Positions 52,545 through 62,173 are shown, numbered from the stretch's first letter. The stretch: DNA of 64,000 nt from Candidatus Epulonipiscium sp. (GCA_012518255.1 JAAYSX010000080.1:11932-75931), one strand, 5' to 3'. Numbers and translations: made by a program. Notes: a model not told the origin generated them from the letters alone.

Positions 52545-52993
52545 CTATAATAATTTTCCGATTGGAAGTTGAACTTTCAATAAAATTGTAAATATGAAAT
52601 ATAAAAATGTAGTTAGTCCTATGGGTACTGCAACCAATACAATTATATTTCTAATTCTAAAGTACATAAGCATAACAAGCATAAATATAATAGTAGATAT
52701 TATAAATCCTAAATAACTTAAACCAATAAAATAAAGAATAATAAAACCTAAAGATACCCATACTCTTGCATTTTCCTTTGCAAAAAGTTTAATCTCTTCC
52801 TCTTCTTCTTTATCCCTATATGATGAAATTAATTCTATAGCTGCCAATAATATAACTATAAGAGATAGAATCCTTGGAAAGTAACCTGGTCCTGGAACCC
52901 CCATTACCCCCTCTGGAAAGTTCCTGCTTTAAAAAAGGTGTATAATGCAACAAGAATAAAAACCCAAGATAATACCCTACTTACTTTTTTCAT
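52545..52993 (-). pseudogene. tctB: Tripartite tricarboxylate transporter small subunit TctB, interrupted by an apparent 1-nt frameshift
   Basis: ATG 52993 (after AAGGAG) opens MKKVSRVLSWVFILVALYTFFKAGTFQRG, which stops at 52904-52906. The remainder (MGVPGPGYFPRILSLIV..., 119 aa) is in another frame. One extra G in the G5 run (plus-strand C5 at 52907-52911) fuses them into a 149-aa protein. Confidence 0.75.
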
Positions 52994-53070
52994 ATTAACT
53001 CACTCCTTAATTAATAAACAAATAAGGCAATATTTTATTAATTGCCTTATTTGTTTAACTTATTTAGTTA

Positions 53071-54147
53071 TTACTTACTTAAACCTAGGGCATCAAATTG
53101 TTCACCATATATCTTATCTTCTCTTTCCATAAGCTCTAAGAACTCATCATCGCTTAGGTAGTGCTTTGCAAAGTTTTGTTCTTCCATAAACTTTGTAATT
53201 TCTGGTGAATCTAAAGCATATTGGAAAGCTTCATCAAGCATTTGTTTAATGTCTTCTGGTGTTCCAAGAGGTGCCACAAATCCACGGTAAATAGTTAAGA
53301 TTGTATTACCATATCCTAATTCTTTACCTGTTGGAAGGTCTGGTAATTCAGGTAACCTTTCAGGGGAGAAAGTTGCAAGTATTTTTGCTTTTCCTGATTT
53401 AACGTGAACATCAACTTCTTGTGGACTAACTGGTACAGCCTCTACGTGCCCTCCTGCTAGTGCTACACCTGCTGGTCCAGCACCATCAAATGGTACGTGC
53501 ACAACATCAATTCCTGCTTCTGCAGCAAAGCTAGCTGCTAGTATATGCCAGTTACTTCCAATACCACTATTACCAATTCTAATTTCTCCTGGATGTTCTT
53601 TTGCATATTCAATAAATTCTTCTAACGTATCATATGGTGCATCAGCCGCAACAGTTAAAGCTCCATAACAGGAGTTAACATTAGCAATTGGGTCAAAACT
53701 TTCATATGTGAAATCTACCTCTGCAGCATATGGAACCGAAAGCATTTCTGCTACTGCTGCCGTTACACTAGTACCATCTGCTGGATCTTTTGCTCCTGCA
53801 GAGAATCCAATTGCGCAACCTGCACCAGGTTTATTAACTACCACTACAGGCACTCCTAAATATTCTTGAATCTTAGGTGCCATAGCACGATATAGTAAGT
53901 CTGTTCCACCGCCAGCCGCAGGTGGCACTGTAATTGTAAGTTGCTTTGCTGGGTAGTCTACTTTACCGTCTCCTACTTCAACATCTGCTTCTGGCTCATC
54001 GTCTGTTTCAACATCTTCTACTTCAGTTTGATTTCCTTCGTTTGCTTCTGGCTCTTCTGTTGACTTACCATTCCCACAACCAACAACTAGAGCTGCCATT
54101 AACACTAAGGCCATAAGTGTCATTATAAATTTTCTAGATATTTTCAT
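53071..54147 (-). CDS. tctC: Tripartite tricarboxylate transporter substrate-binding lipoprotein (TctC/Bug family)
   Basis: MKISRKFIMTLMALVLMAALVVGCGNG lipobox followed by an acidic linker. Has a Bug-family core (PPAAGGGTDLLYRA...VVVVNKPGAGC). Start ATG 54147 follows GAGGAGGG. Confidence 0.85.
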   Translation of the reverse strand: MKISRKFIMTLMALVLMAALVVGCGNGKSTEEPEANEGNQTEVEDVETDDEPEADVEVGDGKVDYPAKQLTITVPPAAGGGTDLLYRAMAPKIQEYLGVPVVVVNKPGAGCAIGFSAGAKDPADGTSVTAAVAEMLSVPYAAEVDFTYESFDPIANVNSCYGALTVAADAPYDTLEEFIEYAKEHPGEIRIGNSGIGSNWHILAASFAAEAGIDVVHVPFDGAGPAGVALAGGHVEAVPVSPQEVDVHVKSGKAKILATFSPERLPELPDLPTGKELGYGNTILTIYRGFVAPLGTPEDIKQMLDEAFQYALDSPEITKFMEEQNFAKHYLSDDEFLELMEREDKIYGEQFDALGLSK

Positions 54148-54336
54148 TATAAAGCCCTCCTCATATAATATATACCACTTCATTATTAACCAAACAAACA
54201 TAACAAATTAATCTAAATTACTTTTGTGCAATATACTAACTTATTAATCTAATTTCCTCCTTTTTCGAAATTGTTGGTTATATTGCTAAATTTAGTCTTT
54301 ACTTTAACCTCTATTTTGTTTAATAGTTATAGTGGT

Positions 54337-54417
54337 ATTATATTTATAAATCATGGTCACTTCAATATTCCCAGAGCACAAATAAATATTATTAAACTAT
54401 AATTATTTTGTGCACAA
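54337..54417 (-). promoter_or_regulatory. Promoter of the tctCBA operon with an abutting inverted-repeat operator
   Basis: On the minus strand: TTGTGCACAAAATAATTATAGTTTAATAATATTTATTTGTGCTCTGGG (54417-54370), then TTGAAG (54365-54360), 17 nt, TATAAT (54342-54337). A near-identical element lies at 59230-59151. Confidence 0.6.
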
Positions 54418-54494
54418 CGCCTAATTTTATGTACGATATTATATATTAAGCACAATTTACATAATATTTCCTTTGAAAATTCAATTATAATTAT

Positions 54495-54536
54495 AAAAAT
54501 CCAGCGGAACTAGTAATTTAGTTCCACTGGATTTTT
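54495..54536 (-). terminator. Rho-independent terminator after the ABC importer operon
   Basis: Stem aaaaatccagcggaacta / tagttccactggattttt (1 mismatch). Confidence 0.8.
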
Positions 54537-54560
54537 ATTAAGCTATATTTTTTTCAAAGA

Positions 54561-55577
54561 CTATTGCCACTCTTTATAAAGTTCTGCATTGCTTATATCT
54601 ACAATGTCACATCCTGTACTTATAAATGAATCTACTTTTTCACCATTTAAGAATGCTGTAATAAATTCTACAGTTATTCTTCCCATTGTAGCTGGCTTTT
54701 GTGCAATAGTAGCATCTAAAGTACCTTCAAGTATTTTTTCTGCAGCATCTGGTTGTCCATCAAATCCTAAGATTTTAACAGAGTCTTTTTTACCTGCAGC
54801 TTCTACCGCTTGTCCAGCACCTATAGCCATCATATCATCCACCGCAAAGATACCTGCAAGATCAGGATATGCTACTAAGAAGTTTTCTGCAACGCTCATT
54901 CCCATTGATAAGTCTCCATTACCATAGTCACTAGTTACTACCTCTATATCTGGGTATTCTTCAATTGCATCCATAAACCCTTTATATCTTTGAGTTGTTG
55001 CCTCATTACCTGCAAATCCGTCTATGATTGCAACCTGTCCTTTAACATTCTCACCCATCCACTCTGCTGCCAGTATACCACCTTCATAGTTATCAGTTCC
55101 AATATATGAAACGTAGTCACTTTCATCAGCACCTGAGTCTACTAGGAACACAGCTATACCTTTTTCTGCAGCGCTGTTAATAACGTCTACTAATGCAGTT
55201 GCATCCGTAGGCCCTAACACTAAAGCATCTACCCCCTCTTCAATGAAGGCTTCAGCAATGTTGATTTGCTTATCTACTTCAGTTGATGCATCTGGTGCAT
55301 TAGTTTTAAATATATATCCTTCTTTTCCAGCTTCTTCTTCCATAGCATCTTTTATAGCTACAAAGAAAGGGTTCCCTAACTGCTTAGGCACAAATGCGAT
55401 TGTTTTTTCTCCGCCTGCATCCCCTTCATCTGTTTCCAGCTCATTATCGCCCTCCACAACATCTGGTGCCTCCTCTTGAGACGGTCCTTCCTTACTACCA
55501 GAATCACATGCTACAGCAAATAATGCCATAATAAGAACTAATGATAATACACTTATTTTGCCTAAAAATTTCTTCAT
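54561..55577 (-). CDS. Sugar ABC transporter substrate-binding lipoprotein (RbsB-like, PBP type I)
   Basis: Lipobox LFAVAC followed by an acidic linker, then IAFVPKQLGNPFF. Confidence 0.85.
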   Translation of the reverse strand: MKKFLGKISVLSLVLIMALFAVACDSGSKEGPSQEEAPDVVEGDNELETDEGDAGGEKTIAFVPKQLGNPFFVAIKDAMEEEAGKEGYIFKTNAPDASTEVDKQINIAEAFIEEGVDALVLGPTDATALVDVINSAAEKGIAVFLVDSGADESDYVSYIGTDNYEGGILAAEWMGENVKGQVAIIDGFAGNEATTQRYKGFMDAIEEYPDIEVVTSDYGNGDLSMGMSVAENFLVAYPDLAGIFAVDDMMAIGAGQAVEAAGKKDSVKILGFDGQPDAAEKILEGTLDATIAQKPATMGRITVEFITAFLNGEKVDSFISTGCDIVDISNAELYKEWQ

Positions 55578-55599
55578 GTCTTCCTCCTTATTGGGTATA

Positions 55600-56574
55600 T
55601 TATTTGTTCATTGCTAGTCTTCTTCTTATAACATCAAGTGAAACTGCCCCTACAATAATAAGTCCTACTACTATTTGTGTAAAAAAGCTTCCTACACCTA
55701 ATAAAACTAGTCCATTCCTAATTATTGCAATTATTACAGCTCCAACTAATGTACCAAAAATCCCACCTTCTCCACCTGCAATACTCGTACCTCCTATTAC
55801 AACTGCAGCTATGGCTTCAAGTTCATAACTTTGCCCCGCCGTTGGCTGGGCTGCACTTAAGCGTGATAAATATACAACTGCAGCTAGTGCAACACATATC
55901 CCAGAAAATAGGTATGCCTTGATTATATTTCTTTCAACTTTAACACCTGATAATCTTGTTGTTGCCTCATTAGATCCTATTGCAAATATATACCTACCCG
56001 TAGCAGTATGCTCCAATATAATATATGCTATAGCACCCACTATAAGAAAGATATATACAGGTATTGGTATGTTAAATAAAAACCCTTGTCCTATTACCTT
56101 AAATTTATCATGTTGTACTGCAACCTGGGTTGAATTTGTAATATATAGGGTCAGCCCCCTAACTACATATAAAGATCCCAGTGTCATTATAAATGCCGGT
56201 ATTTTTATATATGCCACAACTACACCATTTACTAGGCCAACTACAGCCCCTGTTAATATAGCTACTATAATACCTAGCCACATGTTTCCAGTTGAATTAA
56301 TAGTAAAAGCACTTGTAACACAACATAAAGCTAGCACCGAACCTTGTGATAAATCTATTCCTCCTGTTATAATTACAAAGGTCATTCCCGTTGCCATTAT
56401 TGAATACACAGCTGCTTGCCTAAGCACTTGCATAATATTCGAAGTTGTTAAGAATGATTTTGTAAAAATTGAAAGAAATATTATAATTATCAGTAATGGT
56501 AACAAAGCTCCTGTACCTGATACTCGTGATAACTTGCTAAATATACTATCCTTTTTTTCTGCGGTTTTATCCAC
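55600..56574 (-). CDS. Sugar ABC transporter permease (RbsC/AraH family)
   Basis: 324-aa polytopic protein with ITGGIDLSQGSV. Confidence 0.85.
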   Translation of the reverse strand: MDKTAEKKDSIFSKLSRVSGTGALLPLLIIIIFLSIFTKSFLTTSNIMQVLRQAAVYSIMATGMTFVIITGGIDLSQGSVLALCCVTSAFTINSTGNMWLGIIVAILTGAVVGLVNGVVVAYIKIPAFIMTLGSLYVVRGLTLYITNSTQVAVQHDKFKVIGQGFLFNIPIPVYIFLIVGAIAYIILEHTATGRYIFAIGSNEATTRLSGVKVERNIIKAYLFSGICVALAAVVYLSRLSAAQPTAGQSYELEAIAAVVIGGTSIAGGEGGIFGTLVGAVIIAIIRNGLVLLGVGSFFTQIVVGLIIVGAVSLDVIRRRLAMNK

Positions 56575-58093
56575 TTATATCTCCCCCCATCGCATAATGC
56601 ATAATCTTTTCTTGTGTAGCTCCAGTTCTATCTAAAGTAGTCGCTATAGTCCCCTCATGGAATACAGCAATCCGATCACATATTCCTAGGATTTCTGGTA
56701 ATTCTGAAGAAATCACTATAACAGCATTTCCACATGTAACTAAGTCATTTATTATATTATATATTTCACTTTTTGCACCTACGTCAATCCCTCTTGTAGG
56801 CTCATCAAATATATATACATCCGTCTCAGCATATAACCATTTAGCAAACACTACTTTTTGCTGGTTACCACCTGATAGATATTTAGTAACCTGTCTTATT
56901 GAGGGGGTTCTTATATCTAGCTGGGTTTTATATTTTTCAACCACTCGCTTCTCCTCTTTCATATCTAGAAGATTTGTTCTTTTCATTTTATGTAGTGAGG
57001 AAAAAACTACATTCCATGAAATATCTTTCTCTAAAAATAGCCCTTCTTCCTTCCTGTCTTCAGGCAGATAGCTTATTCCATGTTTAATTGCATCGTGAGG
57101 ACCTTTTATATCAATTTCTTCACCATACATATATATACTGCCTTCGGATCGTTTAAGTGCACCAAAAATGGCTTTGGCTGTTTCTGTTCGCCCAGATCCC
57201 ATTAGCCCCGAAAACCCTAACACTTCCCCTCTTCTTAATTGTAGATTTATATTATCTAAAACTTTAGGAACTGATAGGTTCTTAACCTCAAAAATCACTT
57301 CACCTATCTCTGCTTCTCTTCCTGGGAATTGCTCATCTAGTGGGCGCCCAACTATATATGATATTATTTTTTCTGTTTCTATCTCTTTTATATTATCAAT
57401 AGTTGCTATATACTGACCATCCCTTAGAACTGTTGCACTATTTCCAATAGTTTTTATTTCATCCATCCTGTGGGATATATATATAAATGTCACGCCTTGT
57501 TTTTGCATCTCTTTTACTATTCTAAATAAGTTTTCTATCTCTGAATCCGAAAGCGCTGATGTTGGTTCGTCTAATATTACAATATGTGGATTCCTAGAAA
57601 ACATTTTTACGATTTCTATTATTTGTTGTTCTGCAACAGATAATTTATTAACAGTAATACTAGGATCTAGGTTAACACCTAGCTTCCTTCCCCATTCAAT
57701 ACATTCCTTGTTCATTGAATTCCAGTCCATCAAGCCTATGGAATTTTTTATTTCCCTAGTTAGGAATATATTCTCTGCAACCGTTAAGTGAGGAATCAAA
57801 CTATTTTCTTGGAAAACAGTTCCTATATTTAATTCTTGTGCCTGTCTTATATCGCATATATCTACCTGATTACCATTGATGAAAATATCACCTTCATCAG
57901 CAGTATAAACACCCGTTAGTATTTTCATTAAAGTCGATTTACCTGCTCCATTTTCACCTAGGATACAGTGCACTTCTCCTTTGTTTATTTTCAAAGACAC
58001 ATTATCCAATGCTTTTACACCTAGGAATGCTTTACATATTCCCTTAAATTCTACTATGGGTGTAGGCTTATCTTGGTTTTTCAAACAATTCAC
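56567..58093 (-). CDS. Sugar ABC transporter ATP-binding protein (duplicated ATPase, RbsA-like)
   Basis: 508 aa with Walker A GENGAGKST and a second GLMGSGRTE. Signatures are LSVAEQQ and LSGGNQQK. Confidence 0.9.
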   Translation of the reverse strand: MNCLKNQDKPTPIVEFKGICKAFLGVKALDNVSLKINKGEVHCILGENGAGKSTLMKILTGVYTADEGDIFINGNQVDICDIRQAQELNIGTVFQENSLIPHLTVAENIFLTREIKNSIGLMDWNSMNKECIEWGRKLGVNLDPSITVNKLSVAEQQIIEIVKMFSRNPHIVILDEPTSALSDSEIENLFRIVKEMQKQGVTFIYISHRMDEIKTIGNSATVLRDGQYIATIDNIKEIETEKIISYIVGRPLDEQFPGREAEIGEVIFEVKNLSVPKVLDNINLQLRRGEVLGFSGLMGSGRTETAKAIFGALKRSEGSIYMYGEEIDIKGPHDAIKHGISYLPEDRKEEGLFLEKDISWNVVFSSLHKMKRTNLLDMKEEKRVVEKYKTQLDIRTPSIRQVTKYLSGGNQQKVVFAKWLYAETDVYIFDEPTRGIDVGAKSEIYNIINDLVTCGNAVIVISSELPEILGICDRIAVFHEGTIATTLDRTGATQEKIMHYAMGGDISG

Positions 58094-58116
58094 ATCCCTT
58101 CTTAGTTTAAATGTTA

Positions 58117-59061
58117 TTATTTACCAAACCAAACCTTGTTAGCAGTTTTTCCTAGTATGCTTTCTAATTCATCGTCTGTTAAGAAGTCACAATGTTTTAC
58201 AACACAATCTATATGATGTTGGTAACTACACACCGTAAATACTGTTGGCATATCACTACCCCACATTAAGTTTGGTATTGCCCCTTGTTCTTTTACAACT
58301 TTTAAGATGTTCCCCATAGTTGGGTAGGGATACTCATCGAACTCTTTAACTAACATTGGTATTCCTGATAGGTCAAACCATACATTTTCATTAATTTCTA
58401 ATATGGATAATGTCTTTTTTAAACTATCATAATCCTTATGTTCCTTTGGATCCCATAGTCTACTTATACCTAAATGAGGTAATATAATTTTTAGATCTGG
58501 GTACCTTCTTGCTATTTCTAACATATCATCTATCGGATAATCATTGGGCCCATCCCCCCAGCCTAAATCCATTACACAGTATGCATCATATTTTAAAATT
58601 TCTTCAAATACAAATGAGTTTTCTGGAGCAATCATATCAAATGGGATATCTGGAGCTTCAAACTTTAATCCTTTGTACTTATAATCCCCCAGGCATAACT
58701 TTGCTGTTTCTAAATATGATTCTTTTATTTGAGGATTTGGGATACCAACCGTTACATATCTATCTGGCTCCTTAGATATTATTTCGTTTATATATTCATA
58801 TTGCTCTCCATAGCAAGGTGTTTGTAACAATACTACCTTATCAAATCCATATATTTCTTCATAAGCTTTCATTAATTCTATAGGACATCTACAGTCTATA
58901 AATTCAGGAGGTAGAAATTGAATTTCTTTTCCACCCATTAATGTTTTACCATAACTAAGGCCCTTATTAGTCTGTGTATCATGGCGCCTTCCGTCAATCT
59001 TATCCCACACATGTCCATGAGCCTCAATAAACAACATATCTTTCCCTCTTACATTTATCAT
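58117..59061 (-). CDS. Amidohydrolase_2-family metal hydrolase (candidate lactonase/decarboxylase-type)
   Basis: FIEAHGHVW HxH motif. Start ATG 59061 lies 6 nt after AGGAGG. Confidence 0.7.
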   Translation of the reverse strand: MINVRGKDMLFIEAHGHVWDKIDGRRHDTQTNKGLSYGKTLMGGKEIQFLPPEFIDCRCPIELMKAYEEIYGFDKVVLLQTPCYGEQYEYINEIISKEPDRYVTVGIPNPQIKESYLETAKLCLGDYKYKGLKFEAPDIPFDMIAPENSFVFEEILKYDAYCVMDLGWGDGPNDYPIDDMLEIARRYPDLKIILPHLGISRLWDPKEHKDYDSLKKTLSILEINENVWFDLSGIPMLVKEFDEYPYPTMGNILKVVKEQGAIPNLMWGSDMPTVFTVCSYQHHIDCVVKHCDFLTDDELESILGKTANKVWFGK

Positions 59062-59150
59062 ATTAGTCCTCCTCATATTGTAGTTTTATGTTTAAACTAT
59101 ACACACCTTTATAGCTTCAACCTCTTTTTTGTTGCATACTTACTAATTTA

Positions 59151-59230
59151 AGTCTATAATTCTTTAGTCGCTTATGCAATATGTCCCCAGCACAATTATC
59201 CTTTCTATAATTCAATTATTTTGTGCATAG
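59151..59230 (-). promoter_or_regulatory. Promoter of the amidohydrolase-ABC operon with the same inverted-repeat operator
   Basis: On the minus strand: CTATGCACAAAATAATTGAATTATAGAAAGGATAATTGTGCTGGGG (59230-59185), then TTGCAT (59179-59174), 17 nt, TAGACT (59156-59151). Confidence 0.55.
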
Positions 59231-59340
59231 CATACAAGTATCCCTTTTCAAAGTGTATATGCTTTGTAAGTAATGTGCAAAATTAATCATTGCATTAAGA
59301 TTCTTCCTATACTTTGAAATATTGTTATTATTTGATAAAC

Positions 59341-59382
59341 AAAAAATCCAGCAAAGTTTGACTAACAACTCTACTGGATTTT
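59341..59382 (-). terminator. Rho-independent terminator after the dehydrogenase gene
   Basis: Stem aaaatccagcaaagtt / aactctactggatttt (2 mismatches), followed by a T-run on the minus strand. Confidence 0.6.
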
Positions 59383-59399
59383 ATATTTTATATTTATTT

Positions 59400-60287
59400 T
59401 TATTCTTTGGCAATTATACTTCCACTTATTTTCTCATAATATTTAGCAAGAGCACTATGATCATCTTGCCCACATCCATCTCTATGGAGGTCTTCCATCA
59501 TTTCTATAACCTGACTTGCAAGTGGTAATGGGGAGTCCACACCCTGCCCAGTTTCTAGCGCATTTTCTAGATCTTTAATGTGAAGATCTATTTTAAATCC
59601 TGGCTGATAATTACCTTGGAGCATCATTGGAGCTTTGGCATCTAAAACTGTGGACCCTGCAAGTCCACCCCTGATAGCTTCAAATACCAGCTTAGGATCA
59701 ACCCCAGCCCTACTGGCAAGCATCAAGGCTTCTGAGACTGCTGCTATGTTAACTCCTACGATTATTTGATTTGCTAGCTTGGTAGTATTTCCAGCTCCTA
59801 TGTTACCACAGTAAACAGCACTACTACCCATTAACATTAGTATGTCATATACCTGATCGAATACATCTTTGTCTCCACCAACCATAATAGAAAGGCTTCC
59901 ATCTATAGCCTTGGGCTCTCCACCACTAACAGGTGCATCTATCATTTTTACGCCTTTTTCTGCACATTTTGAGTGAATTTTTTGAGACTCCAGAGGTGCT
60001 ATGGAACTCATATCTATTAAAGTATCTCCTGCCTTTGCACCTTCCAATATTCCATCCTTACCTAGGACAGCCTCTCTTACATGGGGTGAATTAGGTAGCA
60101 TGGTAATTACCATATTAACTTGCTTTGCAAGTTCCTTACCCGAACTAGCAGCCACTGCCCCTAGTTCCACTACTTCTTTAATATTCTCTTCAATTATATC
60201 AAAAACTATAACCTGGTGACCTGCTTTTAATAGGTTATTAACCATGGGTTTGCCCATAATTCCCAACCCTATAAATCCTATTATCAT
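59400..60287 (-). CDS. NAD(P)-dependent beta-hydroxyacid dehydrogenase (2-hydroxy-3-oxopropionate reductase / GarR-like)
   Basis: MIIGFIGLGIMGKPM dinucleotide fold with a 6-phosphogluconate-dehydrogenase-like C-domain. Start ATG 60287 follows AGAGGTGG. Confidence 0.8.
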   Translation of the reverse strand: MIIGFIGLGIMGKPMVNNLLKAGHQVIVFDIIEENIKEVVELGAVAASSGKELAKQVNMVITMLPNSPHVREAVLGKDGILEGAKAGDTLIDMSSIAPLESQKIHSKCAEKGVKMIDAPVSGGEPKAIDGSLSIMVGGDKDVFDQVYDILMLMGSSAVYCGNIGAGNTTKLANQIIVGVNIAAVSEALMLASRAGVDPKLVFEAIRGGLAGSTVLDAKAPMMLQGNYQPGFKIDLHIKDLENALETGQGVDSPLPLASQVIEMMEDLHRDGCGQDDHSALAKYYEKISGSIIAKE

Positions 60288-60314
60288 TACTACCACCTCT
60301 TTTATATTTGCCTA

Positions 60315-61118
60315 TTATAGCTCTATCACTTCTAAATCATCAGGCACATATATATTGCCCTTATAGACTTCTTTTCCTTCTGATGTATATTTTTCTTTGC
60401 GACAATCTATATTCTTATCCTCCGTATGATATAAAACAACTGATTTTGCGTTTAGCATAGCAGCATTTAAACAAGCATCCTTAGCTGTTGCATGGTGCTT
60501 ATCATAAGGCTTAAATATATCCCTTTCTTCATATAAACAAAAGGCCTCATGTAGCAAATAGTCTACATCCTTACTATATTCATGAACACTCTTAGAATAT
60601 GGCTCATCACCTAAAAAAGTAAGAGTCTTCCCATTTAACAATGTCATTTTAAAACCATATTGTAAATCTTTTGTACTTTTAATATCAAAAAATGTAGTTT
60701 TTCTCCCTAATATATTTATCTCATCTTTGTCCTCTAATTCACAAAATACAACCTTGTTATCAAAAAGTTTTAGGAACTTTCCTTGAAGCACATACGAAGA
60801 TATAACTCTTATGGCTTCCACAGAATTTTCATGAGCATATATTTTTAAAATTTCATCATATTCGTCATTTAGCATAGCTTGGCAGGCAGCCCGAATTACC
60901 CATATTACACCCAAAATATGATCATTATGATTGTGTGAAACAAAAACATGGTGTATGTTCCTAATATCTATATTGGCTTTTTTAAGATGTTTAAGTATAG
61001 TATTGCCACCGCCAGCATCTACCAAAAAATGCTCCTTGCCATCCGATATAGTAAAGCAGGTATTATAACACTTAGTTACCATAGCATTACCTGTTCCTAG
61101 TACAGTCATCCTTTCCAT
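60315..61118 (-). CDS. MBL-fold metallo-hydrolase
   Basis: 267 aa with VSHNHNDH (HxHxDH) and a downstream H/D ligand pattern. Confidence 0.8.
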   Translation of the reverse strand: MERMTVLGTGNAMVTKCYNTCFTISDGKEHFLVDAGGGNTILKHLKKANIDIRNIHHVFVSHNHNDHILGVIWVIRAACQAMLNDEYDEILKIYAHENSVEAIRVISSYVLQGKFLKLFDNKVVFCELEDKDEINILGRKTTFFDIKSTKDLQYGFKMTLLNGKTLTFLGDEPYSKSVHEYSKDVDYLLHEAFCLYEERDIFKPYDKHHATAKDACLNAAMLNAKSVVLYHTEDKNIDCRKEKYTSEGKEVYKGNIYVPDDLEVIEL

Positions 61119-61201
61119 AATCTTCCCCCTCGAAATTCTAAAGTAAATAAGCTCCAGGCATATTTAAATACCCGAAGCTTATATAGTCCTGTTTAATAAT
61201 A

Positions 61202-62161
61202 TTATTTATTTACAACATTTATTGGTGAACCTGCAATAAATTTCTCTAGATTATCTACTGCTATATCCATAAGTCTTGCTCTTGATTCTGTTGGAGCCCA
61301 CGCAATATGTGGTGTAATAATGCAATTTTTAGCTGTCATAAGTGGGTTATCCATTGTTGGTGGTTCTACAGATAATACATCTAATGCTGCGCCTGCTACC
61401 TTTCCAGAATTAAGTGCTTCTGCTAGGTCTTCTTCAACAATTAAAGGCCCTCTAGATGTGTTAACAATCATAACTCCATCTTTCATTTTTGCAATACTGT
61501 CTTTATTAATAATACCTTCTGTACTTTCAAATAAAGGACAATGCAAGCTAATTACATCAGCTTCTGCTAGTAACTCATCTAATGTAACATATTTAACTGT
61601 ATCACTTTCAAGGTCTTTATTTGGATATTCATCATATGCTAAGATATTCATCCCTAGAGCTTCTGCTATTTTAGCAAAGTTTTGCCCTATTCTACCAAAA
61701 CCAATAACACCTGCATTTTTGCCTGCTAATTCAATAAGTGGATGGTTCCAGAAGCACCAGTCAACATTGTTTGTCCAACCACCATTACGAACTTCTTCGC
61801 TATGCTCGCCTACGTGGTGGCACATTTCTAGGAGCAATGCTGTTGTCATTTGAGCAACTGCTGTTGTACCATAAGTTGGTATATTAGTTACAATAATTCC
61901 TAGTTCCTTAGCTGCATCTACATCTACAACATTGTATCCTGTAGCTAACACACCTACGTATTTAAGATTTGGCTCTTGTTCTAGGGTTTCCTTAGTTAGT
62001 GGTGTTTTGTTAGTAAAAATAATTTCAGCATCTTTAATTCTTTCACTTATTTTATCTTCAGGAGTCCTATCGTATACTATAAGTTCTCCTAATTTTTCTA
62101 ATCCTTCCCAAGTTAAGTCACCAGGGTTTAGTGTATATCCATCTAATACTACTATTTTCAT
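61202..62161 (-). CDS. D-2-hydroxyacid dehydrogenase (glycerate dehydrogenase / hydroxypyruvate reductase-like)
   Basis: GVIGFGRIGQNFAKIA, NTSRGPLIVEE and ITPHIAW. Confidence 0.85.
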   Translation of the reverse strand: MKIVVLDGYTLNPGDLTWEGLEKLGELIVYDRTPEDKISERIKDAEIIFTNKTPLTKETLEQEPNLKYVGVLATGYNVVDVDAAKELGIIVTNIPTYGTTAVAQMTTALLLEMCHHVGEHSEEVRNGGWTNNVDWCFWNHPLIELAGKNAGVIGFGRIGQNFAKIAEALGMNILAYDEYPNKDLESDTVKYVTLDELLAEADVISLHCPLFESTEGIINKDSIAKMKDGVMIVNTSRGPLIVEEDLAEALNSGKVAGAALDVLSVEPPTMDNPLMTAKNCIITPHIAWAPTESRARLMDIAVDNLEKFIAGSPINVVNK

Positions 62162-62173
62162 ATTTTCTTCCTC

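Noticed and set aside
55919-56635. 238-aa plus-strand ORF, along with other antisense ORFs at 7597-8184, 49572-50006, 51840-52253, 61320-61853 and 61932-62447
   Set aside because: All lie antisense inside strongly supported minus-strand genes and have shadow-frame composition. The similarity between 61932-62447 and 63118-63339 only mirrors the tandem gene duplication on the other strand.
61119-61201. Possible hairpin or terminator in the 83-nt gap between the hydroxyacid dehydrogenase and MBL genes
   Set aside because: Only a 6-bp outer stem (taagct/agctta) with poorly pairing interior and no T-tract. This is insufficient to call a terminator or regulatory structure.
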